Source: Fistulifera solaris (lineage: Eukaryota). Taken from it: a DNA stretch of 64,000 nt. The stretch is taken from assembly GCA_030295235.1 (NCBI GenBank), contig AP026164.1:1984001-2048000 (forward strand), read 5' to 3'. Of this stretch, positions 10,807 to 22,703 are shown in pieces; positions within the stretch are counted from its first letter, which is position 1; every line of letters starts with the position of its first letter. The notes under the pieces are model-generated. The model was given only the letters and a program-made list of their open reading frames with translations. It was not told the DNA's origin and did not search any database. The position numbers and the translations under genes were made by a program.

Positions 10807-12441
10807 TTACTCAAACATTGAGAAACCCATTCCAATCTGAAAACTTCTACGGTGGTCAACAGGTCCATATCGCAAAGGCCAGGCATAGGTAACGTCCAAG
10901 CGCGGACCTAACATTGTTGTAGAAAGACCAACGCCCACAGACGAACGGCTACTGGCCAGAACGTCACGGGGGGACACCACTTGCCACCGTGGTCGTGAAA
11001 GTATTTCAGCGCAGGTACCAACAGTTCCGAAGACAAACATGCGCGTTCCGGGTGCGGGAACAGCTGCACTCATCATAGCTGTGATCTTGTAGAAAAAGTC
11101 ACCACCAATGGCGTCTCCTGTAGAAGACTTGCATGTTTTGGCAGCTCGTGGACCCATGCCAGCTGGAGAAAATCCCTTAAAGTTCGATGGTCCTCCCATC
11201 AAGAAGCGATCGCTAAAGGACGCCGACGTTCGACACAGACCGTCAAAAGAAATCGTTTTCAAAACCCCGACAGATCCCATAGCGTGGAACGAGAAGGGTA
11301 ACGAGCTGTTTTGGGACCCTAAAAGCGACGGAACAGGGACATGTAGCGCCACATCGGCTTGGCTCTTTACAAAACCAGCGTCACCTGGCGGCACAGCCGC
11401 CTCTGTCTGTATTCGATACTGATAGCCACTCGTGGGAAAGTAGGGAGACGCCTCTGGATCAAAGCATTGGTTTCCTTCGACTCGCAGCGAGACACTGTGC
11501 TTGACGGATGGGCCCGAATGAGCTAAAACCTCTGGAGACGCATCAAAATGATAAGGCAAAGACGCGTGCCTTCGTGGTATAATATCACGAAACAACAAAC
11601 TCCATTCAATGCTAGCTCCGAATGGTGGAAGCGTCCGACGAGTTGTACTTGCGGTCACTGAAAGAAGCCTTTGGCATTCTCGGAAACTGCGGGTGAGTTC
11701 CCAATCCACAGTATCCCACACAGCCTTCGAGAGAAGTGAATATTGGCTTCCCGAAGGCAAAAGAAGAATCCAGTCGCGTAGAATAAATCCCGACGGCAAA
11801 GCGCTGTACAAAGGGCGCTGATGTTGCAGCGACCATGATGATATTTGGTGTGTATCCAGTGTGTATTGTAAATCGGTCGTATCCAAATACCCAGAAATGT
11901 TTCTCAGTCCAACACTGGCTTCGAGTTCCGCCGTTGGCAAAAAACTTGTATCATGTGTACTGCTGGCTCCAAACGGCGTTGATGTCTGTTGAAAGGCGTC
12001 GCGTTTAAGTCCACCGCCCAGGTAGAGCTTGTACCAGTTCTTTTCGTCCAGAGTCACGGTTAGCTTCCGTGATGGATCGCTTTTCTCGTCTTCAGAGCTT
12101 GTTGATCCTCCTAATTTAACCTGCACCGCATCAAAGCATCCCGATGCTTCCAATTGCTGCACAAAGCCAGCAACGGCTTCGACGGTTTCTCCCACCGATG
12201 TGGGAACCTCAAACAAAAGACCGGCTTCCAGCAATCGGTGCTGAATGAGTTCGGAATCCGTTCGGGGAGCGATACCCGCCTTGGTACTTTCAACAAGCGC
12301 GGGGAACGAAAATTGCGTTAGATATTGCGCCGCAAATTGCTGTACGCGTAGCTGCTGTTCAAGTTGCGCCTGCTCTTGCTGGAGCTGACGCATCCTGGCT
12401 TCGGTGGCTTGTTGTTGCGTCACAGAGGGAACTAGATTCAT
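10807..12441 (-). CDS. SAM50: Omp85-family beta-barrel, SAM50-like
   Basis: POTRA-like N-part, DRFLMGG..FKGF...GMGPR, GDAIGGD, RSSVGVGL, C-terminal FQIGMGF beta-signal. Confidence 0.8.
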   Translation of the reverse strand: MNLVPSVTQQQATEARMRQLQQEQAQLEQQLRVQQFAAQYLTQFSFPALVESTKAGIAPRTDSELIQHRLLEAGLLFEVPTSVGETVEAVAGFVQQLEASGCFDAVQVKLGGSTSSEDEKSDPSRKLTVTLDEKNWYKLYLGGGLKRDAFQQTSTPFGASSTHDTSFLPTAELEASVGLRNISGYLDTTDLQYTLDTHQISSWSLQHQRPLYSALPSGFILRDWILLLPSGSQYSLLSKAVWDTVDWELTRSFRECQRLLSVTASTTRRTLPPFGASIEWSLLFRDIIPRRHASLPYHFDASPEVLAHSGPSVKHSVSLRVEGNQCFDPEASPYFPTSGYQYRIQTEAAVPPGDAGFVKSQADVALHVPVPSLLGSQNSSLPFSFHAMGSVGVLKTISFDGLCRTSASFSDRFLMGGPSNFKGFSPAGMGPRAAKTCKSSTGDAIGGDFFYKITAMMSAAVPAPGTRMFVFGTVGTCAEILSRPRWQVVSPRDVLASSRSSVGVGLSTTMLGPRLDVTYAWPLRYGPVDHRRSFQIGMGFSMFE

Positions 12442-12871
12442 GGTGCTGATTCCGCCTCGGTCCTCGGGCTTTTGATTATATACAGATTTATTTACAGGAG
12501 AATGGATCGATTTCCTCAAGGTAAGTCTTTTGTATTACTGAAGTATGGAATGCCTCCAATTCGATGTCGAAGTTGATGGATAACAAACACAAATGTGCGT
12601 CCGTTCCGAAATAAGCACACGGGACACGGGCACACGGCACATCACATACACGATACACGGGTGACCGCCGCCGTCTGATCGTCAACGGTAGAATCTTTTC
12701 TATGCAAGCCAAGTCATGAGTCGTCAGTCATGATTTGTCTAAAGAATAGCACTGGGCATTGGAGATGGGATTTGGTCATAAACCAGCATGACAACCGTAA
12801 GACATTTGAATACGGCTCAATCTTCATAAGTTACTACTCCATACATTTGTTATTTGCATTACTAACTCGAT

Positions 12872-13705
12872 TCATTCATCCATTTCCATAGTAGCCGCTG
12901 TCGACGGAGTGCCCTCTTGCAAAGGTAAATCCTTGAGTAGTGATTGAGATTGATCGATCATCGGCTCTGTGTTTTCCACGGTCGCATCACCCCATGGAAT
13001 TGGAAATTTCGTCACGCGTGGCTTATCGGCCAAGATTTGCCGTTGCACGCGTCCCAAATGCCGGCTCGGATCAAAGTTCTTTTGCGCCAGCTCCGGATCT
13101 TCCGTCGGTTCTTCCGGAATGTATTCGTTGTTGACGTAGTACCCAATACGCACAAACTCTCTTTCCCGGTACGAACAAGTCACCAAGACAACCGTGACGC
13201 CTAAAATTTCTTCCGCCGGGAGTTTGTCGACCCGTGGCGCGTCGGCTTGGAGGACAAATTTGTTCAAACCGACGGGGACGGGGCCGACGAGAATTTCGTC
13301 CAGTACCTGGTCTTGGTGAGAATCGTAAGCGGATCCAACGTATAGAACTTTCCATTCGAGGTCTACAGGTAATAGGAAAGAAATGGTTTGTGAGTCTTTG
13401 CGTATATTGAACGAGAAATGTACTGCAATGTCGGACGAGCATTGTGATCATAAAGTCTTTTTTGTCTTCTGCATTGCTCACTTGTCATCAAAACCAGCAG
13501 CACTTACCATCGTCGAGCTCTTGTAAGCATTCGAATGTAATTTCAAATTGAAAAGGATTCGAAAAACTGGTTGGATTGTCTAAAACGGACTATCATTCGC
13601 ATTCGGAGCAATGAAAAGCGTGAGAAAATGGTTCTTTCGCAAAAAGTGGAACTATACGAAATAAAGCACTTGACCTACCATGTTAGTTACATTTACCAAA
13701 GCCAT
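12872..13705 (-). CDS. ASF1: Histone chaperone ASF1 (3 exons)
   Basis: Exons MALVNVTNM / SVLDNPT.F.NPFQFEITFECLQEL / DLEWKVLYVGSA...DQVLDEILVGPVPVG.NKF...EFVRIGYYVNNEY...PRVTKFPI; GT-AG introns ~13678-13591 and ~13507-13364. Confidence 0.95.
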
Positions 13706-14130
13706 GATGACAAATTTAATTAAAATTTTGAAAAGAAAGAATCAAAGACGATGGTCACGTTCCAAATATAATGAATGAATGAATGGTGCAGTTGCGTGCA
13801 ACGTCAAAGAAATGAAGCGCTTTTTTGTCCTGTCGACCATCTCTTGCATAAAACCGGCTCACATTATTTTTTCCCGCCAAAGGCGGAAATTCAAAGAAAC
13901 TGTAAGTGCCGTATCCTACTTTTTTTACACTTTAAACAAAGCTCAGTTGTATCGGCCCGCGTCAATCCCACCATTTAATTAGAAAAATATGTATCTGACC
14001 GGTGTCGATATTTTTAGACTCATAGGTCAGACTAGTAACAATAGTTAGGTAAGGAGTTGTCTCTAGTTAGCTTCAAGAGCACTGCACAAGATACATTTTC
14101 AGACTTAGCCTATCGTTCCTAAAAGAAAAC

Positions 14131-15158
14131 TTAAGCGAGTTTTGTCCACCATTTTGAAGAAAGACTTGGTGAAGGCAAAAACTTGTCAAGATCGTAATCT
14201 GGTTCCAACTGACGCATTCTGCCCTCATCGATGGACAACAAAATATGCCCCCAGCATATCAAGATACCCAGTTTCATAGGAAGAACAAAAGTAGCAACTT
14301 TTCTGCGAAATCCTATCGGATAATGCGTATACAAACTCCAGAAAAAGGACCCAACCTAGGGGAGTTCACAGGGAAAACAAAAGCGTCGTCAATCTTCATA
14401 GCAACGTGATTTTGATTCTGGTCCAAAATCAGCATAAAAGTGTCTTGCTGCTTAAGCCATCTATGATATATTACGAGATCGCCTCCGGATTCGGACCCGA
14501 AGAACTTTGCGGCAACTCTCTCTCGCAATCGAATACCCAGACCAAGATGCTCATGATTTCTGGCGGGGCCACAATGAGATTTGCGGACTGCGTGTCATTG
14601 TTTTTTAAGTAGAACCTCATGTTATGCCAGCAATGCGGTCTAAACTTCTGCGGTAGTCGTTGGACGGCTGTCATTTTGTAGCTAGGTCAGACCTTGTAAA
14701 TCCAATAGTGAAAATGCTAGCTCTCTTGCTGGTACCGTTGATACAAGCCCCTGTCGCTTTTGTTGACACCATTCGCTCCTACTTTCTATCAAGAAGTTAT
14801 GAAAGTTGGGCAGTTCTCCGCTTCGTCGAGTAGCGGAGACTCGCGGGACTGGTTGCTTTGTTGTGTTTGTTGCTTCGACCCTTCTTTCCCTTGTTGCGTC
14901 CTTTGTGGTGCGGCATGTTTCATTGTTCAGAGGTTGCCATTGAAAATCGACAGAAGAAGATACAACATACGATGACGATTGCGAAATACAATCTTAGTTT
15001 TCTCTCACACGCAAGGATTGCGGAGGCAGAATCATCCTTTCTTCGCTCATCACACTTCGGTCAGTGAGAAAAATCATTGCCGTTGACAAGTATCTGTCTG
15101 AACGGTTTCACACCCCCGCACCGTCCGCAACGCGGCCCGGCCTTGCCGAAACATCATG
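14131..15158 (-). pseudogene. Possible decayed gene (fragmented minus-strand ORFs)
   Basis: Chain of short protein-like minus-strand ORFs starting MMFRQGRAALRTVRG; no recognisable family. Confidence 0.25.
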
Positions 15159-15600
15159 GTCGTAGGTATTCGTAGAAATATGAGTGTTATAGAGAAGAAA
15201 TGTTGCAAAAGGTTCAAACGAGAAGAACTACGTGCAAGAGTCGAACGATTTTTTTTGAAACCACGGTTCCTCGCCTCGCCTCGCCGTGAGAAAGGGAGTA
15301 AATAATTAGAATATCGTACTGGTACCGGTACCTGGTAGCTATTTCGTAGCGTTTGCCCCTAGCTCTCTTCCGTCTGGGCTTAAATGATACACAACACACA
15401 ACCCGAGTAAAGACTGGACTAAGAGCCGTTCCTCCGTCACTACGAAGTGGAGAAAATAATACTAAAAGGACAAGTTTGAAAAACATAAAAATTATCATAA
15501 GGTACCGTTGTGATAATTTGTCAGTAAACCTAACCCAGCGACCAAAGTCCAGCTAGGGAAACTTTCTTCATTCGAATTTCTAGTCGTTTTCTTACTTCAA

Positions 15601-17697
15601 TCAAATAATGAATAATAGAGAACGTTGATGATCTACAAAAGCTTGCGCTTCTTTTTTCTTCTTTTGTGCCACAGCCGTTGGCACTTCCACGTTCTCAAAC
15701 GACATTTCCACTTTTTCAACCTTCATATCATCCACATCCACGAATTGACTACGGCGAATCGGTTCCGCTTCTCGAGGGACGTAATTATGTTGATGACGGA
15801 CTTCATCCCTCCGTGATCGCATCATCATTTCCCGCTCTTGTTTTTCCTTTTCCTGTCGCTCCTCTTCCCGTTTCCACAGGCCAGGTTCGGGATCCACACA
15901 ATCGGGAACTTGGCCGATCACGGATGCCGCCACGAATCCAAATCGACTCCCGCAGTCGACCAACACATCCGGCACGGGTCGTTCACTTGCGGCTTCCCAT
16001 GCTTTCATCATGTACTCGTCGTGCACTTTCGCTTGTTCGGCGGAAAGATACTCAACATGCTTCTTGAGCAGATGTTTGTGCAAAAAGGAAGTGTCTTTAA
16101 AAAGTTTGTGACAGAAGTGGAAGGAGCAACGCGCTCTTTGATCGTCATCAAGCATGGAATGATCGTGGAGCCATTTATCGCGAACTTGATCTTCGGCGGA
16201 TATTATCTCGTTGGCCTCCTGCATAACTTCTGGTGCAAGTCCCAGCTCTAGTGACACTTGTTCGTCACCCGCGACAACAGAGACCAATCCATCAACTCGC
16301 TCACATTCTTCCAGTGCTCGCTGTATACTGTCATCTAGTCTCTGTACAAGCAAATCTTTTACGGCTTCTCCATTATTGTCCAAATTCTTAGCTTCATCGG
16401 CGGCCCGTTTCAGCGTGGCATCTGCATCTTGTAACCGCAGGTGTATCGTACTGGAGGGATGTCGGCCGGTTAGAGTATCGACGACTGCTTTAGCGGGCTG
16501 ATCACACCCGTTGTAAAAGGAAACCAAATGAACGCGTCTTAGATAGGCAATGCAAACGTCTAACACGTCTTCCACACTGGCGTCATTCAACTTGTCGCCA
16601 AACAATTTTCCCAGCACGGCATCAATTCCACAGTCGGTCGGGATATGTCGCTTGCGGTCTAACGATTGTGCCAATCGGAGTGCGGCAGCTTGATCTGTCG
16701 CGCAACGCGTCGTGGAACTAAGAGCCGCCGTTAAGACGGACGTGGTTGTAGACCCCGTTCGTAGACGCTGGACCGCGACAAACGATTTTTTGATGGGAAC
16801 CGTCGATCCGTTGGGTGGTGCACCCCCGCGACCGTCGTCATCGTACTCGAGTCTTCCATACGGATCTGAAGAATCGACATCTAAATTGATTATTTCGTCC
16901 AGGTCATCTTCCTTACGGGGCACGGAACGATTCTTGCGCGATGACGAAGTTTTGCACAAAGTGGTCCATATATCTTGTACAACGGAAGCTTGTCCCACCA
17001 CAATGGCTTGCCTTTGCAAAACAGAAGCCCCCGTGGTGGGGATGAATGATCCCGCATAAACTACCAAATCAGGTTGTTTCAAATCAGGGAGAGTGGAATG
17101 ATTCAGAATGGCGATCACTAGCTGTTCATTTGTCACGACACTGGGAATATCCGAAATCAAAAGAGCTGTTTCAGTACTACCGGGTTGTTGCCAAGAAAAC
17201 AAATGCGAAATGGGCGGCGCCGAAATGTTGCTTGATTTGACTCCACCACCGAGCTTGGCTCCTGTCAGAAAGGACGCTTCGTCTTTGACCATTTGTTGCC
17301 ACAATGCCCGAGCTTCTTCTACCGATCGATTGCGTTCCAAGACGACAAAGCGTTGTCGTCCTAATGGAGAGTAACGCGATCGAAACCACGTATCATCGAG
17401 GTGCTTGTTGAAGAAAGCACGAATATAGTTCAAGCAGTAACTGCGTCGATACGCCTCGTATGCCGTCTCGTCTGTCGGATTGTTCTTTTCTTTCCACAAG
17501 AATTCGCAGAGCAGAGGTTCCTTTGCGTATTCAAGTGAAGGGTGCACATTTGTTTTCCTCCGTTCGGGAGACATGTGACGCGGTGAAGCCGTTGATGGCC
17601 GATGTCGGTGATGATGATGATGCGGCCCTCGACGCTCATAGAAATCATCCTCGTTACGGCCTCCAGGAACCTCACGACCAAATTCGTCGACGACCAT
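15601..17697 (-). CDS. SRRT: SERRATE/ARS2 RNA effector
   Basis: Y..YRRSY...IRAFFNKHLDDTWFRSRYSP, LDVCIAYLRRVHLVSFY, C2H2 finger CSFHFCHKLFK...LHKHLLKKH. Confidence 0.9.
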   Translation of the reverse strand: MVVDEFGREVPGGRNEDDFYERRGPHHHHHRHRPSTASPRHMSPERRKTNVHPSLEYAKEPLLCEFLWKEKNNPTDETAYEAYRRSYCLNYIRAFFNKHLDDTWFRSRYSPLGRQRFVVLERNRSVEEARALWQQMVKDEASFLTGAKLGGGVKSSNISAPPISHLFSWQQPGSTETALLISDIPSVVTNEQLVIAILNHSTLPDLKQPDLVVYAGSFIPTTGASVLQRQAIVVGQASVVQDIWTTLCKTSSSRKNRSVPRKEDDLDEIINLDVDSSDPYGRLEYDDDGRGGAPPNGSTVPIKKSFVAVQRLRTGSTTTSVLTAALSSTTRCATDQAAALRLAQSLDRKRHIPTDCGIDAVLGKLFGDKLNDASVEDVLDVCIAYLRRVHLVSFYNGCDQPAKAVVDTLTGRHPSSTIHLRLQDADATLKRAADEAKNLDNNGEAVKDLLVQRLDDSIQRALEECERVDGLVSVVAGDEQVSLELGLAPEVMQEANEIISAEDQVRDKWLHDHSMLDDDQRARCSFHFCHKLFKDTSFLHKHLLKKHVEYLSAEQAKVHDEYMMKAWEAASERPVPDVLVDCGSRFGFVAASVIGQVPDCVDPEPGLWKREEERQEKEKQEREMMMRSRRDEVRHQHNYVPREAEPIRRSQFVDVDDMKVEKVEMSFENVEVPTAVAQKKKKEAQAFVDHQRSLLFII

Positions 17698-18041
17698 GAT
17701 CCCTTTTGATTTACAATTTCTTTAAACGAAAACACACAACGCGGGCCTTTATGTTTATCGATTGATTAATAGCAACGATTGCATTGCGGAACGTCGCAAT
17801 GGGCACTGGAGGCAGAGGCAGGAGGCAGTAGATCTGCGGGTAGCTGACGGACGGAATTACTTCCACGTGGCATTCCTTTATAAGAAACTTGTTTCATGTC
17901 ACATCGAGTATGATCAGTATAAACACAAAACGATCGAGGAGTAAGGAGAAAAAGTCACCTTTCGCTCTCACCATGGCAAAACACCACGATACACAACAGA
18001 ACAGAAACGACAATCAATCATTAAAGGTCATTGCACATAAA

Positions 18042-18796
18042 ATGTTCCTCCTACTAACAATTCTCCTAGCTACCTTAGGAGTGTCAAGCGGTACGTGAAA
18101 ATCATATCGATCATTTTAGCACGGTTTGTTCATCGTCGAAATTCCCTCTTTTGCGCCGTTTCTACAGTCTTTACTCAGCGTTTTGCGCTTTCTGCAGCGG
18201 ACGAAAATGCCGTCACGTGCGGATCGGTCATTAAAATTCAACAAACTGATACAGGTTACTTTCTAAACTCCGAAACGAAGAATCTAAACGCGGGAAGTGG
18301 TCAACAAATTGTGACGTTTGTGAGTGACGCGGCGACGCACAATACGTTGTGGTGGGTGCGGCCCGCCGATCATGCCACACCCAGCAGTGAATATCCCGCC
18401 GGAGCCACCTGTCGATTGGCGGAACCGATCAAATGCGGCTCTTTAATTCGCTTGACGCATCAATCGACTCGACGTAATTTGCATTCACATAAAGTAGAAT
18501 CAGTGCTCAGCAAACAGCAAGAAGTCACAGCATTCGGTCAAGGAGACGGGTTTGGCGACGGAGGCGATGACTGGAGAGTTGTTTGTCATGATAAATATTG
18601 GATGCGCGGTGCACCGGTGCGGTTGCAGCACAAAGACACTGGCTTCTTTTTAGGGACGGCCAAGTCGTTGGAGTTCAATCGGGATACTTGTGGAAGTCAT
18701 TGCCCTATCATGAACCATCTGGAAGGTTTTGCACGAAAAGAAGAAGACAGTCATTCCTTGTTGAAAACAGAAATGGGAATTCATATTTCTAAGTAA
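18042..18796 (+). CDS. SDF2: Stromal cell-derived factor 2-like MIR-domain ER protein (intron ~18091-18197)
   Basis: Signal peptide exon MFLLLTILLATLGVS; VTCGSVIK, GSGQQIVT, IKCGSLIRLTH..TRRNLHSH...LSKQQEVTAFG. Confidence 0.9.
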
Positions 18797-18977
18797 ATAA
18801 AACGACAATTCAAAGAGTTATAAAGCATTAGAGAGTCATTTTGTGCAACCTATTGTAACAGTTACATGCGCATCTATAGCTGGGATGAGTGAGCTTCATC
18901 ACGGTGACGCTTCCTACTCGCAACTGCTGTCATCCTCCCCATAACTGTCTTCATCATCTCCCAAGCTGCTGATGTCG

Positions 18978-20483
18978 CTATCGCATCGCTTCAGAGGCTC
19001 GACCGGCCATGGGGCGGTGGAAAACAAGACTTCCGTTTCCAAAGCCTCCACTTGTTTTTTGCAACGCAGTCAATCCTTCGGCGCAATCATTGTTTTCGAT
19101 ACGAGATAGTAGGTCTTGCGCTCTTGCAAACTGCTCGATCGCGCGAGCCGGTGTGCCCATACATCCGATGGTTCGTGCGTCCTCGCGGAAGCAAATAAAG
19201 GAGGGAATGGAGTTTTGCTTATGATTTTCTGGCAACGAGTAGAGAGGAGAGCTTTGTAACACCATTTCCCGAAATGCATCTTGTGACATATTGTGGAGGT
19301 CATCTTTCTTAGCGGCGGCAACAACACGAGCAACCAAAGGTGTTGCGATAGGGGACAAGGCTTCATTCTTCGGCCGAATTCGAGACTTTGGAGCGAAACA
19401 TGGCGTTGTAGGCACAAAGTCGCTACCTAGTTTCGATTCAACAACTTGACCCTCCGGGGTTGTTGTCGCCGGGGACGACGCTGCATTCTTTGCTCGCCTG
19501 GGTGACTTAAAGGAAAAACAGGGTGTCGCAGGCTCAAATCCCTTGTCCAGAACCGGAGGCGCCGATGATGACGTGCTGGCGGCACTTGCGTCCAAGAGGC
19601 TGTTCTGGATTCCAGAATCGACCAAACCTTGACTATCAAAAGCTGAGTCCTGTGGTTGGTGGACACGGCGAGAAAAATCCACGAAAACGGAACGTTGCGC
19701 CTTTACCGGCGGCAGTTCGAATGTCTGATCGTGCTGGCTACATCTCGTTGCAATGCGTTCTGATGCTTGATAACCACCGTTGCTAGCACACAAGACAGAG
19801 TTAATCTTTGCTGCTAGCTCTTTGTCGTGCAGAATGCCGTGTCCCGGGGAAAGCCTTGTGGTACTCCTACTTAAAACATAGTTGATGTTGTCGGCCAAAG
19901 TATCGTCGTCACTGATATTGAGATGTTTGGTGGACGTCCCGCTCAAAAGAAAATCAATACTTTCAGCCAGAATGCTGTCTTCGTCACAATTTTTCAGCAT
20001 ACGGTCTTTCTTCATGCTAACAGATTTCCGCGAGTGGAACGACACTTGACGGGGACAGAACGACAACTCACGCACGGGCATTTCCCGGTCGGAAATGAAC
20101 TCTTTCACAATGCGCTTAGGATACTTCGATAAAGAGTCACGAGGAGAACTCGATTCGGTTGTCGAAACAGATGCCACCTGGTCCGTCGTGCTACTGCCTT
20201 CGTTTCTTGGGTAAAACGTTTGTGTTACAGATGCATTCTCGATGACGCTTTTCTTGGAGCCCTTTTCAAAAATGGCTCGAAAAAGCCAGCGTGCACTTGG
20301 ATTATTGGATAATCCACGAAGGGAGTGCTGTCGTCCTGAGTTGTATCCCCTCGACTTGAGCTCAGTAAGCGAAACGGGAGCGGAATCATCAGACGACACA
20401 GAAGTATGAGATGCTTGGCGATTTCCTTTCAGCATAGACCGACGATCGTGGTGCATGAAACCGCCAGAGTTCTCTCCTTCCAT
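18978..20483 (-). CDS. Hypothetical low-complexity protein with three D-x-x-LA-x-x-I-x-x-x-L repeats
   Basis: 501 aa uninterrupted ORF, Ser-rich. Confidence 0.7.
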   Translation of the reverse strand: MEGENSGGFMHHDRRSMLKGNRQASHTSVSSDDSAPVSLTELKSRGYNSGRQHSLRGLSNNPSARWLFRAIFEKGSKKSVIENASVTQTFYPRNEGSSTTDQVASVSTTESSSPRDSLSKYPKRIVKEFISDREMPVRELSFCPRQVSFHSRKSVSMKKDRMLKNCDEDSILAESIDFLLSGTSTKHLNISDDDTLADNINYVLSRSTTRLSPGHGILHDKELAAKINSVLCASNGGYQASERIATRCSQHDQTFELPPVKAQRSVFVDFSRRVHQPQDSAFDSQGLVDSGIQNSLLDASAASTSSSAPPVLDKGFEPATPCFSFKSPRRAKNAASSPATTTPEGQVVESKLGSDFVPTTPCFAPKSRIRPKNEALSPIATPLVARVVAAAKKDDLHNMSQDAFREMVLQSSPLYSLPENHKQNSIPSFICFREDARTIGCMGTPARAIEQFARAQDLLSRIENNDCAEGLTALQKTSGGFGNGSLVFHRPMAGRASEAMR

Positions 20484-21134
20484 TTTTATTCTGATGCTCT
20501 TTATTAGTCTTCAACGTCGAAACTTTACGCTATGAAGGCTAACAACGGATGAAACGAATGATACGTTGATGTTTTGTTGATGACAAGGGCTTTTCCGCCT
20601 GCGAGCTAGGAACAAAACGAAAAATGCCTCGCAAACTGAAAAAACTAGACACTCGCAGCTCGCACTACTCAAAGTCCCAGTATCATCCAGTCACCGATCC
20701 CCAAGGCCGTGTCTCAACTGATAGTTGGGGAGTGCAACTGTGAATCTTTAACCATTTTACTTATTAACCCCACATGGCGCGCGCTCATTCATCCTTCATC
20801 CTGCCCCTAACCTTACTTCGAGGTGGAGAAGCGTACTACGTACAAAGTACTCCGTACTCATTATTAGCGTTACAAGATTGTAAAGTACTACCAGTACCGT
20901 ATCTAACAAAATCATCTCCCGTCTACGTTACCTGTATGGTACCGGTTCTCGAGCAAAAATAATTTTCTCACTCAAAATCATCTTTCCGCACCAGTTGCTG
21001 AACAATTTTATATGGATAGTGCAAAACAAGGAAGACACCAACTTTCATGCACACTACAGCTAGACACATCTGTTACGCCATGAACGTGAGTGGCAACAGG
21101 GCCATTAAAATTAAATTGTGAGAAGGCTTATTAA

Positions 21135-22703
21135 CTACATTAGAAGCCGGAACGACGTATTTTCAGGTATGCAGCTTGCCGTATCATCCTCGTCGTATCC
21201 ACATATTTTTTCAATATCTACCACTGTGTGAGAGATGTCAATTACACGAGGCATACCAGGAGGTAGATTGGCTCTGCAGCCGGAAAAAGAATTCTCCTCG
21301 ACAATCCCATCAATTTTTGGCCACACTTTGGTGTTGCTCCCAAAGGTACTAAGAGAATTCATGGATAACCTTCTCTTAGCACTCGTTCGCTTCGACGCAA
21401 CGTAACTTTCCAGTTGTCGCAATGTGTGTTTGAGTCGCTGTATCTCCATTTCCTTGTCTTCGGCGTTCCTCATCGCATCCGCAGCAATCAACACAATCTG
21501 AACGGCAAGCTCCTCTTGGCGAAGAACCAAAGAGTCTATCAATTGGGCCACGTGATTTTTTCCCAACTGGCCCAGATCGGAACAATCGAGAGACGAAAAC
21601 GAATCTGACAACTCTCCGACTACTAGGGATGAATCGGATGCATACTTAGTTGATGCATTGGAAGCTGCGGAAAATTTGTCTCCACGTTTGACTCGGAAAA
21701 GGTAGTTCTTCTTCAGCTTTCGGAAGGACAGAAGTGACCCATCATCTTTCGTGGCACTGGATGCCTCCGAAATATCTTCACCGTGACAGGCAGCCAAGGG
21801 GATTCTTTTCATTCTATTCTTCTTCTTCAACCTCTGAAGAAACGTTGGTTTTAAATCAATTTCGAGTTCTCTTTCATCCGCAAGTTTTGCCATACCCAGC
21901 GTTAATTCACCGAGTGCTTTCGAAATATCATGCTGAGACTGGAGGAGCTCTGTGAGAACTCGAGCGGAATTTTTCTTAGCGCTGGACTGTCCACTGATTT
22001 CTATTTTTTCATCTAACACCGATGTTTGCGAGAAGCGAGAAGCTGACAAGTCGAATTCGGTTTGTGTTGTAGAAACCGGCGGAAACATAGCATCACTGTC
22101 ACCCTGACAGGATCCGAACTCATTCGGAGACTGCTGATCAAAAAAGAGAGAATGTTCAACACCCTTCGCAGAAGATGAGTCGAGTATCACTTCACCGCTT
22201 GTCGTAGAACGAGCACCAGAATTTCCGGCCAAAATAGCATTGATCCTAGCAGCGAGTGCTATATCGTTGAGCGTCTTGTTTCCACTGAGTATGAAGTCGA
22301 TGCGATTAGCGAGAGTGGTGTCGTCCTGACTATCCAGCTGAAAAGTTTGGCTATCGACACTAGAATGAGGAAAGCTCTGTTTTGATGGTTGCAATCGATT
22401 GGGATTGAAAGACTGTTGAAAATTTTCCCGTCTCGAAGTGAACTTTCTCAGAATTCTTTTAGAATCAATTGTTGGAGACTGTCCACCGATTTTATTCCCC
22501 TCGTCAGAATTCTCGAGATTTGTGACATCTTCAACACGGGCTTGACCAGGATGGCTCCAGGACACATCGTGCGATGCACTGCATTCAGTATACAGCGTCA
22601 TATGCGAAGCACTTCCATCAGGTGATGTCTGGGTCCCAATTTCTGTTCGGTCTATGTTAGGATCACCTTTTAACTGGCGCGAAGCATCAAGTTTTCTCCT
22701 CAT
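21135..22703 (-). CDS. Hypothetical protein with two D-x-x-LA-x-x-I-x-x-x-L repeats and two coiled-coil segments
   Basis: 522 aa uninterrupted ORF. Confidence 0.7.
   Translation of the reverse strand: MRRKLDASRQLKGDPNIDRTEIGTQTSPDGSASHMTLYTECSASHDVSWSHPGQARVEDVTNLENSDEGNKIGGQSPTIDSKRILRKFTSRRENFQQSFNPNRLQPSKQSFPHSSVDSQTFQLDSQDDTTLANRIDFILSGNKTLNDIALAARINAILAGNSGARSTTSGEVILDSSSAKGVEHSLFFDQQSPNEFGSCQGDSDAMFPPVSTTQTEFDLSASRFSQTSVLDEKIEISGQSSAKKNSARVLTELLQSQHDISKALGELTLGMAKLADERELEIDLKPTFLQRLKKKNRMKRIPLAACHGEDISEASSATKDDGSLLSFRKLKKNYLFRVKRGDKFSAASNASTKYASDSSLVVGELSDSFSSLDCSDLGQLGKNHVAQLIDSLVLRQEELAVQIVLIAADAMRNAEDKEMEIQRLKHTLRQLESYVASKRTSAKRRLSMNSLSTFGSNTKVWPKIDGIVEENSFSGCRANLPPGMPRVIDISHTVVDIEKICGYDEDDTASCIPENTSFRLLM

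Noticed and set aside
12614..12662. ACACGG repeats upstream of SAM50
   Set aside because: Short degenerate low-complexity run; cannot be distinguished from noise
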